Below, in pieces: positions 20,099 to 28,470 of a DNA stretch of 64,000 nt. The stretch comes from an uncultured delta proteobacterium (GTDB lineage: Bacteria > Myxococcota_A > Polyangia > Polyangiales > Houyiibacteriaceae). The position numbers and the translations under genes are program-made. The stretch spans positions 1,472,001 through 1,536,000 of the forward strand of contig CAVOVB010000001.1 in NCBI GenBank assembly GCA_963699755.1, read 5' to 3'. Positions within the stretch are counted from its first letter, which is position 1. Each line of letters opens with the position of its first letter. Under the pieces are notes generated by a model. It made no database searches. It saw only the letters and a list, made by a program, of their open reading frames with translations, and was not told where the DNA came from.

Positions 20099-20407
20099 AT
20101 GTACGCGGTCATTCAAACAGGCGGAAAACAGTATCGAGTTGCCGAAGGCGACACGATTCGCGTCGAAAAACTTGCCGGCGATGTCGGCTCCAAGGTGCAG
20201 TTCACCGACATCCTCATGCTCGGAGGCGAGAAGGTCGAAGTAGGCAAGCCGCATGTCAGTGGAGCCTCGGTCACCGCCGAGATCGTCGCACAAGACCTCG
20301 CCAAGAAAATCATCGTCTTCAAGATGAAGCGCCGTAAGGGCTATCGAAACCGTCGCGGTCACCGTCAGCCGTACACCGAGCTCCGCATCGAGAGCGTGAA
20401 AGGCTAA
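20099..20407 (+). CDS. rplU: 50S ribosomal protein L21
   Basis: [14 protein letters not shown]...[17 protein letters not shown]. Confidence 0.98.
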   Translation: MYAVIQTGGKQYRVAEGDTIRVEKLAGDVGSKVQFTDILMLGGEKVEVGKPHVSGASVTAEIVAQDLAKKIIVFKMKRRKGYRNRRGHRQPYTELRIESVKG

Positions 20408-20416
20408 GGAAGCGCC

Positions 20417-20677
20417 ATGGCACATAAGAAGGGTCAGGGCTCGTCCCGTAACGGACGCGATTCCAAGCCACAGTACCGTGGCGTCAAAGTCTTCGGCGGC
20501 CAGAAGGTCCCCGCAGGCAGCATTCTGGTTCGCCAGGTCGGGCAGACCTTCCATCCCGGCGCAAACGTAGGCGTTGGCAAAGACTACACGCTTTGGGCCA
20601 AGGTCGACGGCGTGGTGACGTTCGAGCGTCGTGGCCGCACCGGCAAACGCGTCGCCGTCTATCCCGCCGACAGCTGA
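20417..20677 (+). CDS. rpmA: 50S ribosomal protein L27
   Basis: [16 protein letters not shown]...GSILVRQ...GKDYTL. Confidence 0.98.
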   Translation: MAHKKGQGSSRNGRDSKPQYRGVKVFGGQKVPAGSILVRQVGQTFHPGANVGVGKDYTLWAKVDGVVTFERRGRTGKRVAVYPADS

Positions 20678-20685
20678 GCGACTCC

Positions 20686-22161
20686 TTGCAGGAGCGTTTC
20701 CCGGCGCCCGAATTCGACTCCCCTGCAGGGAGCGTCTTTCCTCCGCCTGCCGGACGTAGGGTCTATTGCAACCGGAACATACGGCTCGATCAAGTCAAAG
20801 CTGTCGGCTTCGACATGGACTACACACTGGCAATCTATCGCCAGGCAGAGATGGATCGCCTCAGCATCGAGGCGACGGTCAGCAAACTGATCGACCGCGG
20901 GTACCCCGAAGAGCTCCGTGCGATGAAATACCGTACGGAGTTTCCGATCCGAGGCCTGCTGATTGACCGAAAGCTCGGCAATGTGCTCAAGATGGACCGC
21001 TTCCGGTATGTGAAGACGGCGTACCACGGTTTTCGAAAGCTCAGCCGCGAAGAGCGTCGGCACGCCTACCACACCCGGCGCCTCCGACCGGGCACCGGGC
21101 GTTATCACTGGGTCGACACCCTCTATTCCCTGTCTGAAGTGGCGGTCTATGCCGCCGTAGTCGAGCACCTCGAGCCGCGCAGCGAAGCCATCGACTACGG
21201 CCAGCTCTTTGCCGACATCCGGGAATGCGCCGACTTATCTCACCAGGACGGTTCCATCCTCGACGTGGTCTTGAAAGACCTGCCCCGGTTCATCGACCGC
21301 GATCTGGAGCTTGGCCATCTCCTGCACAAGCTCCGAAGCGCGGGCAAGCGCCTGTTCTTGCTGACGAACTCGGGCCCCGGATACACCGATGCGATGATGT
21401 CTTATCTGCTGGGCGACGCGCTCGCCGAGTATCCGAGCTGGGAGAACTACTTCGACTACATCTGCACCTTCTCGAGGAAGCCGGGCTTCTTCACTGGCAA
21501 AGCCGCTTTCCTCGACGTCGAAACCGGGGAGGAGATCCGGGAGCCAAGCCGCGGCAGGGTCTACACCGGGGGGAACATGGCCCGCCTTCAGCGGGCACTT
21601 GGTTTTGCTGGCGACGAGGTGCTCTACGTGGGTGACCACATCTACGGTGACGTCCTCCGCGCCAAGAAGGAATCCACCTGGCGCACCGCGATGATCATCC
21701 AGGAGATGGACGACGAGCTTCGGGTGCTCCGGGAGCACGCGACGAGCTTCGACCGCGCCGACTCCCTCGAGCAGACGCGCGACGCCGTTCAGGATGAGCT
21801 TCGCGAGCATCAGGCCCGTCTCAAGCGGGCCGAGCGGAAGCTGAACGAGCACGAATCAGGCCCAGAACGCGCGAAATGGGAAGCAAGACGGGTGCGCCAC
21901 AGGCGGTCGATCGACCGGCTCCGCGCCCAGATCAAGGACCTGGATGCAGAGCGGGCCGCGCTCCACGACGTCCTGGACGAAGCATTTCACCCCTTTTGGG
22001 GCTCGATCTTCAAAGCGGGCAATGAGGTATCGAGCTTCGGCAATCAGATTGAACAGTACGCCGAGCTCTACACCTCTCGCGCCACCAACCTCAGCCAGTA
22101 TTCCCCGATGCACTACTTCCAGAGCCCGCGTCATCGAATGCCGCACGAGAACGGTTTCTAG
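20686..22161 (+). CDS. HAD-superfamily (IG) 5'-nucleotidase, cytosolic IMP-GMP (cN-II) type
   Basis: GFDMDYTLAIY, LFLLTNS, KPGFF, LYVGDHIYGDV, WRT, LYTSRATN. Start uncertain (TTG 20686 or CTG 20674). Confidence 0.9.
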   Translation: MQERFPAPEFDSPAGSVFPPPAGRRVYCNRNIRLDQVKAVGFDMDYTLAIYRQAEMDRLSIEATVSKLIDRGYPEELRAMKYRTEFPIRGLLIDRKLGNVLKMDRFRYVKTAYHGFRKLSREERRHAYHTRRLRPGTGRYHWVDTLYSLSEVAVYAAVVEHLEPRSEAIDYGQLFADIRECADLSHQDGSILDVVLKDLPRFIDRDLELGHLLHKLRSAGKRLFLLTNSGPGYTDAMMSYLLGDALAEYPSWENYFDYICTFSRKPGFFTGKAAFLDVETGEEIREPSRGRVYTGGNMARLQRALGFAGDEVLYVGDHIYGDVLRAKKESTWRTAMIIQEMDDELRVLREHATSFDRADSLEQTRDAVQDELREHQARLKRAERKLNEHESGPERAKWEARRVRHRRSIDRLRAQIKDLDAERAALHDVLDEAFHPFWGSIFKAGNEVSSFGNQIEQYAELYTSRATNLSQYSPMHYFQSPRHRMPHENGF

Positions 22162-22275
22162 CCAAGCGCTAGCGCGGTCCGGCGCTTGACCTGAGATCGC
22201 GCCAGCGTGAAGATTTTTTGTCCCTAAGTGCTCGCGCTTGTTTATACTGCGTGCTCACTCACAACGGAGCGTGAC

Positions 22276-22608
22276 ATGGCGAAAGCGGCTACCAAAAAAG
22301 CCACCAAGAAGCGGGCGACCAAAAAGTCGGCGTCCAAAAAGGCAGTCAAGAAGGCGGCGCCGAAGAAGGCGGCCAAGAAGAAGACCGTGAAGTCCGAAGC
22401 GGCTGCACTGAAGAAGATGGCCAAGAAAGAAACGGCTGTTCTGAAGCGCAAGGCAAAGAAGACCAGCGCAAACATCAAGAAGAAGCTCACCAAGGCGAAG
22501 AAGGCCGCGAGCAAGAAGATTGCGGAGCTCGAGAAGAAGGGCGAGCAGGCCGTCAGTGAGCTCAAGGCCTCCACGAGCAAGAAGAAGCCGCCCAAAAAGA
22601 AGAAATAA
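22276..22608 (+). CDS. Lys/Ala-rich histone H1-like nucleoid protein
   Basis: MAKAATKKATKKRATKK...KKKK low-complexity basic protein; GGAG ribosome-binding site upstream; AAG-rich codons support real coding. Confidence 0.75.
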   Translation: MAKAATKKATKKRATKKSASKKAVKKAAPKKAAKKKTVKSEAAALKKMAKKETAVLKRKAKKTSANIKKKLTKAKKAASKKIAELEKKGEQAVSELKASTSKKKPPKKKK

Positions 22609-22657
22609 GCGCGAGACCCTCGACGATGCATGGCCCCGTCCATGCGCGAGCCTTCAG

Positions 22658-22706
22658 GAGAGATGAAGGGCCCCGATCATCTGCGATCGCGGGCCCGTCA
22701 TCTCTC
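22658..22706. terminator. Long hairpin between the convergent histone-like gene and tRNA-Ala
   Basis: GAGAGATGA-A-GGGCCC-CGATC pairs with GATCG-C-GGGCCC-G-TCATCTCTC. No adjacent U-tract, so the terminator role is inferred. Confidence 0.5.
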
Positions 22707-22724
22707 GTGCAAGTAAAAAAGGGG

Positions 22725-22797
22725 TGGAGCGACGGGGGATCGAACCCCGGACCCCCACACTGCCAGTGTGGTGCTCTCCCAGCTGAGCTACCGCCCC
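22725..22797 (-). tRNA. tRNA-Ala (anticodon GGC), 3' CCA not fully encoded
   Basis: Reverse complement GGGGCGGTAGCTCAGCTGGGAGAGCACCACACTGGCAGTGTGGGGGTCCGGGGTTCGATCCCCCGTCGCTCCA: cloverleaf, G3-U70 Ala determinant, TTCGA T-loop. Confidence 0.97.
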
Positions 22798-22931
22798 GAA
22801 GAAGCGCAGGTGTTAGCAGCCCTCTTGCAGGCACGCCAGGCGCAGCGGGCTTGGTTTCTCGTTTTTCAGCCGGCCGTCTGCAACTCCGGAAATCTTGACC
22901 TTTTGGCGCACCCCGGCGAAAGAAAAGGGCG

Positions 22932-24428
22932 ATGCGAGCGGTCGCTTTTTTCGTCATCTTGCTCAGCGCCTGCAGCGGGTACGACGACCTCGCCTTGCTC
23001 GACGTGGAGCGCATCGAGCCACCAGAGATCGAAGTCGGCGGGACGCTTCGGATCCACGGCCGCGGTTTCCCCTTAGGGCGTGCGCCCGAGATCGTGCTCC
23101 GCGGCTCGGTCTACCGCCCCGGGATGCGTGCGAGCACCGTAGACGCGCGCCTCACTGGTGAGGTTCGTTCCGAGTCGCTGATCGAAGTCCCGGTCGTCGA
23201 TGAGCTCATCGATGCGCTCGGCGGTCGCGCCACCGTGGACGGGGAGCTGAGGGTGGGGTTTCGAACCGCCGACGAGCAGCGTGACGTCTTCTCTGCGGAG
23301 CGCATCCGGGTCGACTTCCTTCCCGACACCTCGGCGCAGTTGCACGCTCAGGGCGCGCGCGAGGGTCAGCAATCGGCCCATCTTGGCGCAGAGAGCTTCG
23401 GGCTCGAGCTGTCTCCCGAAGAGCTCGGTACCGTGGGCGTTCGGGTGGTCTCGGTGGACCCGGACGGCCTTGCGGCCATCCAGGGCGTGAAGCCGGGCGA
23501 TACCATCATGGGGCTCGACGACATGAGTCTCTATAGCCGGCGCGACTTCCTTGCTGACCCAAGCCAGAGCGAATCGACCGTTCTGGTGGCTCGGAAGGGG
23601 CTTCGCGGGGTTTACACGCTTCGTTGGCCCCATGAAGTGACTGAGCATTCCGCCGACGCGATTGCGATCGGATCGTTCGTTCTGCTCGGGCTGTTGCTCG
23701 CCTGGCTTTCTCCGGCGACGCTTTGCCTACGTGCCCGGCCTTCGAAGGTGTCGCTTTCTGTCTGGCTGACGCGTTCGAGCCTCGTGCTGGTCTTCGCGGC
23801 GCTCTTGCTCTTGGTGTCCGCGTTCCAGTGGACGACGATGTGGATCTTGGGCTTGGGCACACTTGCAGCGCTCTTCACCCTCGCCACCAGGCATCGCGCC
23901 GGCACGTCCAGCTTTGCGCTCGCCGTGATCGCAACGCTGACCGTCATGCTGCTCGCGCGTACGGCAAGCATTCCTGCCATCGTCGCCGCGCAGAGCCCAA
24001 CGGTCCTTCACTGGTATCTTTTCCAGTCCCCTGCTTCCTTCCTTGCGTTCGCCGCGTATCTCCACGCGCTCGGAGCCGTGGGCTCGCGGGCCGACTTCTC
24101 TGCGTCCCTCTACTCGGCGGCGGCGGCGGTCCTCGGCGCCGCTCTGTTCTTGGGTGGGTGGCCTCTGGCCGGGTCTGTCGCTGGCCTCGCCGCGCTCGTC
24201 GGGAAGGCCGCCTCGCTCATCGTCGCGACTCGAGCTGTCGAGATGAGCCCCAAGACGGCTGCGAGCTGCGCCGGCTTGGGACTCGGACTTGCGTTGCTTG
24301 GCTTCTTCGTCGACTTGGCTGCGCTCTTTCCGCAGTGGTGCGCCTTGGCAGTGGGCTGCGTATGCACGCTTGCGGTGCGTGCCCTGGTGCCGTCGCTACG
24401 TACCGAGTCGGCTCCTGCTATGGTCTGA
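22932..24428 (+). CDS. Lipoprotein-signal / Ig-like / PDZ / polytopic membrane protein with degenerate NuoH-like segment
   Basis: Lipobox LSAC; IEPPEIEVGGTLRIHGRGFP; PDZ-like VRVVSVDPDGLAAIQGVKPGDTI; about 9 TM helices including SIPAIVAAQ...WYLFQSPASFLAF and LFLGGWP. Confidence 0.6.
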   Translation: MRAVAFFVILLSACSGYDDLALLDVERIEPPEIEVGGTLRIHGRGFPLGRAPEIVLRGSVYRPGMRASTVDARLTGEVRSESLIEVPVVDELIDALGGRATVDGELRVGFRTADEQRDVFSAERIRVDFLPDTSAQLHAQGAREGQQSAHLGAESFGLELSPEELGTVGVRVVSVDPDGLAAIQGVKPGDTIMGLDDMSLYSRRDFLADPSQSESTVLVARKGLRGVYTLRWPHEVTEHSADAIAIGSFVLLGLLLAWLSPATLCLRARPSKVSLSVWLTRSSLVLVFAALLLLVSAFQWTTMWILGLGTLAALFTLATRHRAGTSSFALAVIATLTVMLLARTASIPAIVAAQSPTVLHWYLFQSPASFLAFAAYLHALGAVGSRADFSASLYSAAAAVLGAALFLGGWPLAGSVAGLAALVGKAASLIVATRAVEMSPKTAASCAGLGLGLALLGFFVDLAALFPQWCALAVGCVCTLAVRALVPSLRTESAPAMV

Positions 24429-24432
24429 TCGC

Positions 24433-24780
24433 CTAGCCGGCTCGCCGCAGGAATTCGCCTAGCAACTCGCGCTGCTCGAGAGATGGCGACAGAAACTGCA
24501 ACCCGGCCTCGAAGCCCCGGGCACCAACGGGCTTGGTCCAGCGAACGGACGCGGCACATTCGAACGGCGCACGATCCGGGTCTTCGATCCCATCCTGGGT
24601 CAGGAAGAAGCTCACGGTAAGCACCTCTCCGGTCGTGAGGGGATGCGAGAACACGATTGCCGCGCCACCGCCGCTGATGTTCTTCATCTCCGCGTGGCGC
24701 GTCTGCCCGGAAATGGTGAGCTCGCAAGAAATACGGACCTCATAGCGGCTGTGCTGGCGCTTCTGAATGCTCGTCATCAC
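24433..24780 (-). CDS. Single-domain PilZ protein (putative c-di-GMP receptor)
   Basis: RQHSR (RxxxR) and NISGGG (D/NxSxxG) motifs; GLQF near the C-terminus. Confidence 0.88.
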   Translation of the reverse strand: MMTSIQKRQHSRYEVRISCELTISGQTRHAEMKNISGGGAAIVFSHPLTTGEVLTVSFFLTQDGIEDPDRAPFECAASVRWTKPVGARGFEAGLQFLSPSLEQRELLGEFLRRAG

Positions 24781-24825
24781 AGCTTCATGATGCGAAAGAA
24801 ATCGTGCAGAGCAAAATTGTCCGCG

Positions 24826-25530
24826 TCAGAGAATCTCAGAGCGGCGCGCTCGTGACTGCGCACGCACCTCGTCGGCTTCGGCGCTGAGCTCGCGGTTCTC
24901 CGGTTCATCACGCTGCAATGTTGCGTAGATCGCAAGCGAGCGCTTGAAGTGCCCCTGCTCTGCGAGGATGCGTGCCATTGTCAGGGTGGGAAAAGGCTCT
25001 TCGAAGATGCTCGCGGTTTTCGAAAAGACGCCAACCGGCGGCCGGCTGGGTGGCCCCGCGGCGGGCTCGGACGGGGGTGCGGGCTCGTCGTCGGACCCGA
25101 TCGGGTGTGCGGTCCCGTTCTCGGACTCAGGCACGTTCTCGGGCTCCCCCAGGCCGGCGGACGCCGCTGCACGCCCAGACGCTTGCCCTGGGACTGACGC
25201 GGACCGGGTCGTCGAACCCACCCCGACCGACGGCATCGGGGCCTCCGCCGGCCGCCCGAATCGCTTCGCCTCCCTCACCGGGGCCTCGCCCCCTGGAGGC
25301 TGTCCAACAGCCTCTTTTCGGGGTTCTTCCTGCGCGGCCTGGATGGCCCATCTGGCAAAGCCCAGCACCTTGCCGAAGAAACCCTCCGACTGCTGCCCGC
25401 CGCTAGCCCGATCGCGGATCGCGTGAATCAGCTGTCCTCGGCTCATCGCGTAGGTGTCGGATACACCCAGGCGCTCAGCTTCCTGGCGAAGCTCCGGCGT
25501 CGTCAGATTGTAGAGTCGCGTCAGATCCAT
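24826..25530 (-). CDS. Protein with Rho N-terminal-like helical domain, disordered linker and C-terminal TPR-like motif
   Basis: LTTPELRQEAERLGVSDTYAMSRGQLIHAI; TLTMARILAEQGHFKRSLAIY. Confidence 0.6.
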   Translation of the reverse strand: MDLTRLYNLTTPELRQEAERLGVSDTYAMSRGQLIHAIRDRASGGQQSEGFFGKVLGFARWAIQAAQEEPRKEAVGQPPGGEAPVREAKRFGRPAEAPMPSVGVGSTTRSASVPGQASGRAAASAGLGEPENVPESENGTAHPIGSDDEPAPPSEPAAGPPSRPPVGVFSKTASIFEEPFPTLTMARILAEQGHFKRSLAIYATLQRDEPENRELSAEADEVRAQSRARRSEIL

Positions 25531-26450
25531 CGAAGCAGCTCCGGGCTCGCCTGTTGTAGCGCGTTCTTGGCCTGCTCGCAGTCTCGTTCGATCTGCGCGC
25601 GCAGGGCGTCCAGCCCATCGAACTTCGTCTCTCCGCGAATGCGGGCCACGAAACCCACACGCATGCGCCTTCCGTAGAGATCACCGTCGAAATCAAGCAG
25701 GTGCACTTCGACCGAACGCCCCGCTTCGAAGGTTGGTCGGTTGCCGAGATTGGCGACACCCTGGAGCAAAGGGCCTTCCGGCTCGTCCAGCACGCGGGCG
25801 ACCACGGCGTACACACCGTCCTTCGGGAGTTGCAGGGGCTCAACCTCGAGATTGGCCGTCGGAAAGCCCAGCGCCCGCCCGCGCCGGTCGCCCCAAGTGA
25901 TGAGCCCCGTGGTTTCATGTACCCGCGTCATCATGAGCGCAGCATCCTCTACATTGCCATCCTCGCCGAGGATTCGACGAAGCCGCGTCGAGGACACGGC
26001 CTCGCCCCCGAACATGACCGGCTGCACCAGCTCAACCGAGAACCCTTCACGTTCGCTCAAGTCTCGCAGGGTGCCGATATTACCCGCGCGTTTGTAGCCG
26101 AAATGGAAATCCGGGCCCACCACGACACCCTTGGCCCGACAGAGGTCGAGCAGGACTCGCTCGACGAATCGCTCTGGCGTCATCTTCGAGAACTCGCTGT
26201 CGAACGGCAGGACCACCACCTCGTCGCAGCCGGCCCCCTTTAGGATCTCGACGCGGCGTGCCATGCTGGTGATGAGGATGGGCGCGCGCTCGGGTGCCAA
26301 GACAGCCGTGGGATGGGGCTCGAAGCACATCGCCAGCGTCTGCCAGCCCCGTGAATCTGCGGTTCGTTTGGCGGCGTCGATCAGCGCCCGGTGACCCAGA
26401 TGAACGCCATCATGGTTGCCAGGGGTGACGACGGAATCGGTGCGGCGCAT
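25521..26450 (-). CDS. ribF: Bifunctional riboflavin kinase / FAD synthetase
   Basis: GNHDGVHLGH, FEPHP, VSSTR, GRALGFPTANL, GNRPTF, EVHLLDF, RGETKF. Start set at ATG 26450. Confidence 0.95.
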   Translation of the reverse strand: MRRTDSVVTPGNHDGVHLGHRALIDAAKRTADSRGWQTLAMCFEPHPTAVLAPERAPILITSMARRVEILKGAGCDEVVVLPFDSEFSKMTPERFVERVLLDLCRAKGVVVGPDFHFGYKRAGNIGTLRDLSEREGFSVELVQPVMFGGEAVSSTRLRRILGEDGNVEDAALMMTRVHETTGLITWGDRRGRALGFPTANLEVEPLQLPKDGVYAVVARVLDEPEGPLLQGVANLGNRPTFEAGRSVEVHLLDFDGDLYGRRMRVGFVARIRGETKFDGLDALRAQIERDCEQAKNALQQASPELLRWI

Positions 26451-26584
26451 CAGCAGAAAGGCCCGGGAGCGGTGAACGTGCCCCTCCTTCACTCACCTAC
26501 AGCGCCGTCGCGGACACTTCAACTCGAATGCGGCCGATATCGACGTTGGTGACGCAAGGCTTTGGGTGCTGTATGGTTGAAAAC

Positions 26585-26851
26585 ATGGGGAAATCAAAGG
26601 GAAGGGTCGGTTCCACAGAGGAGGCTCCTTTCGAGGAGGTCATGGACCGCCTCCAAACCGTCGTGGCACAATTAGAAGAAGGAGATTTGCCTCTCGAGCA
26701 GTCTCTGGCGATGTTTGAAGAGGGTGTCCGCCTATCGCGGGCCGGAGCGAAACGACTGGATGAAGCTGAGCGTAGGGTAGAGGAGCTCCTTGCAGCCGGA
26801 GACGAGCTGCAAACGAGTCCTCTCGAAGACAGCGAAGCGGGGGAACAATGA
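26585..26851 (+). CDS. xseB: Exodeoxyribonuclease VII small subunit
   Basis: FEEVMDRLQTVVAQLEEGDLPLEQSLAMFEEGVRL...LDEAERRV. Confidence 0.95.
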   Translation: MGKSKGRVGSTEEAPFEEVMDRLQTVVAQLEEGDLPLEQSLAMFEEGVRLSRAGAKRLDEAERRVEELLAAGDELQTSPLEDSEAGEQ

Positions 26852-28089
26852 GCCAAGTCCTCACGGTACCAACACACTTCAACGACATTGGAGAGCTCTC
26901 CGAGGGCTTCCTCGATCGCGTCGAACGAGACACCCTGATCCTTTATGGGCCGGTGGCCTACGAAGACGGATCCGAGATCGAGTTCGCCGTGCTGCTCGCC
27001 GATGGCAGTGCTGCGCTCGAAGGAAAAGGCTTCGTCCGTGCCGCGGTGGATGGCGGCGCCGACCGCGTGCCCGAAACACGCTACGATGTCGTCGTCGAAG
27101 CCCTCGAGCTGGATGGCCGCTATGAAGTGGTGTTCGAACGCCTGGTGCTTGCGCGCCAGGCGGTTTCGGAGCCTCCTTTCACCGAGCCCGAAGAAGAAAA
27201 AACGACCGGCGAGATCGAGGCCGCAACCGAGGCCGACGGCGCAGCGGAGGAGCCCAGAGGCGATCATCCGATCGACCTGAAAGCGAATGCTGACGTGAAC
27301 GACATCGAGCTCCGCGCAGATGAGGTGTTCTCGCTCGCGCCCGATGAGGTTCTCTCGGCCTCTCCTCAGGAATCCGATTCCGACTTGCCCGATGAAGACT
27401 CTGCGGTCGATACCGAGCCACCCGAGCTAAGCATCCAAGAGCCGAACACTAGCGTCGAAGAAGTCGATGTCGACGTCGAAGACGAGCTGGCCACGGTCGT
27501 GGCTGCCGTCGACCCCGAAGCAATGATGGCCGACGCCGAAGTCGCATCCCGGGAGGAGGACGAGGTTTGTTCCGATGAACAGGCGACGTTCGAGGCCCGT
27601 GCCGACGTAAGCGATCGGCGCGCACCGGCCGAAGAGGCCTACGAGCAGGCCATCGCCAACGAGGCGGGCCAGCGCGATGCGGACTATGCCTTCGAACATG
27701 GCATTGCCATGGAGCCGCGAGTCGGCATGCCGGTGCCCATTCCTTCGATGGCCGCCCCGCCCGCGACACCTCCTGCTCCGCCCCGACTTCGGCTCGCCGA
27801 GCCCCCTCAGGGCCTGACGCGGCCTTCGCTGGCACAGGCCGAGGCGCCGCGGTTCATGACCGACGGAGAGGTAAGCGATGTCCATACCACGGGTCTTTTC
27901 GCCTACGAAGATGGCCTCCCGATTCCGTCTCGGCCACCGCTCCCCGACCCCAATGGGGCCCGTTCGGCGACCGCCAATGAAGCTCAGGGCCACTACGACG
28001 TCGAAGAGTCGGATCGACCAGCAGCCAATGACGACGAATACGAAGAAATACGCCTCAGCGATTTCGCGGGCGCAGTCGAAGAGGGGTGA
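26848..28089 (+). CDS. Hypothetical protein: N-terminal PilZ-like fold, long acidic/Pro-rich disordered tail
   Basis: First ~105 aa show the pattern GSEIEFAVLLADG...EGKGFVR...LELDG of myxobacterial PilZ-like domains, without RxxxR; the rest is D/E/P-rich. ATGA overlap with xseB. Confidence 0.55.
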   Translation: MSQVLTVPTHFNDIGELSEGFLDRVERDTLILYGPVAYEDGSEIEFAVLLADGSAALEGKGFVRAAVDGGADRVPETRYDVVVEALELDGRYEVVFERLVLARQAVSEPPFTEPEEEKTTGEIEAATEADGAAEEPRGDHPIDLKANADVNDIELRADEVFSLAPDEVLSASPQESDSDLPDEDSAVDTEPPELSIQEPNTSVEEVDVDVEDELATVVAAVDPEAMMADAEVASREEDEVCSDEQATFEARADVSDRRAPAEEAYEQAIANEAGQRDADYAFEHGIAMEPRVGMPVPIPSMAAPPATPPAPPRLRLAEPPQGLTRPSLAQAEAPRFMTDGEVSDVHTTGLFAYEDGLPIPSRPPLPDPNGARSATANEAQGHYDVEESDRPAANDDEYEEIRLSDFAGAVEEG

Positions 28090-28095
28090 CCTGCC

Positions 28096-28404
28096 GTGAG
28101 CCGAGCCGTCGCCATCCTAGTCTGCGTCCTCAGCTTCGTGTTCACGACGGAGGTCAAGGCCGATGCCGTCGTTCACGTGAAGGTGCGCAGCGCCGACAAT
28201 AAACCAGTCGACGGGCGGGTTGAGCTCAGTGGCACCGGAGGTACGTTCACCTGTACAACCAGTCAGGGCAGTTGCACCTTGAGGTCGGTCCCGGGCGGTC
28301 GCTACGTTGCCGTGTTCAAGCCTGCGAGCGGAAGCGCCACCGCCCCGAAAAAGGTCATGATCCCGCCCGACGGCCAGGCGGATCTCCACATCGCCGCGAA
28401 ATAG
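28096..28404 (+). CDS. Small secreted protein, carboxypeptidase-regulatory-like beta-sandwich
   Basis: Signal peptide ending VKA; VRSADNKPVDGRVEL...VPGGRY. Confidence 0.6.
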   Translation: MSRAVAILVCVLSFVFTTEVKADAVVHVKVRSADNKPVDGRVELSGTGGTFTCTTSQGSCTLRSVPGGRYVAVFKPASGSATAPKKVMIPPDGQADLHIAAK

Positions 28405-28470
28405 CCCGTTCGAGTTGGCACGGGACACCCCCGAACTGTCATCATTTTGGGTGGGGAACAGGCGAGGGGA

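Noticed and set aside
22609..22800. tRNA-Ala as an integration site for an island
   Set aside because: No integrase and no duplicated tRNA 3' end seen; flanking genes look like core genes.
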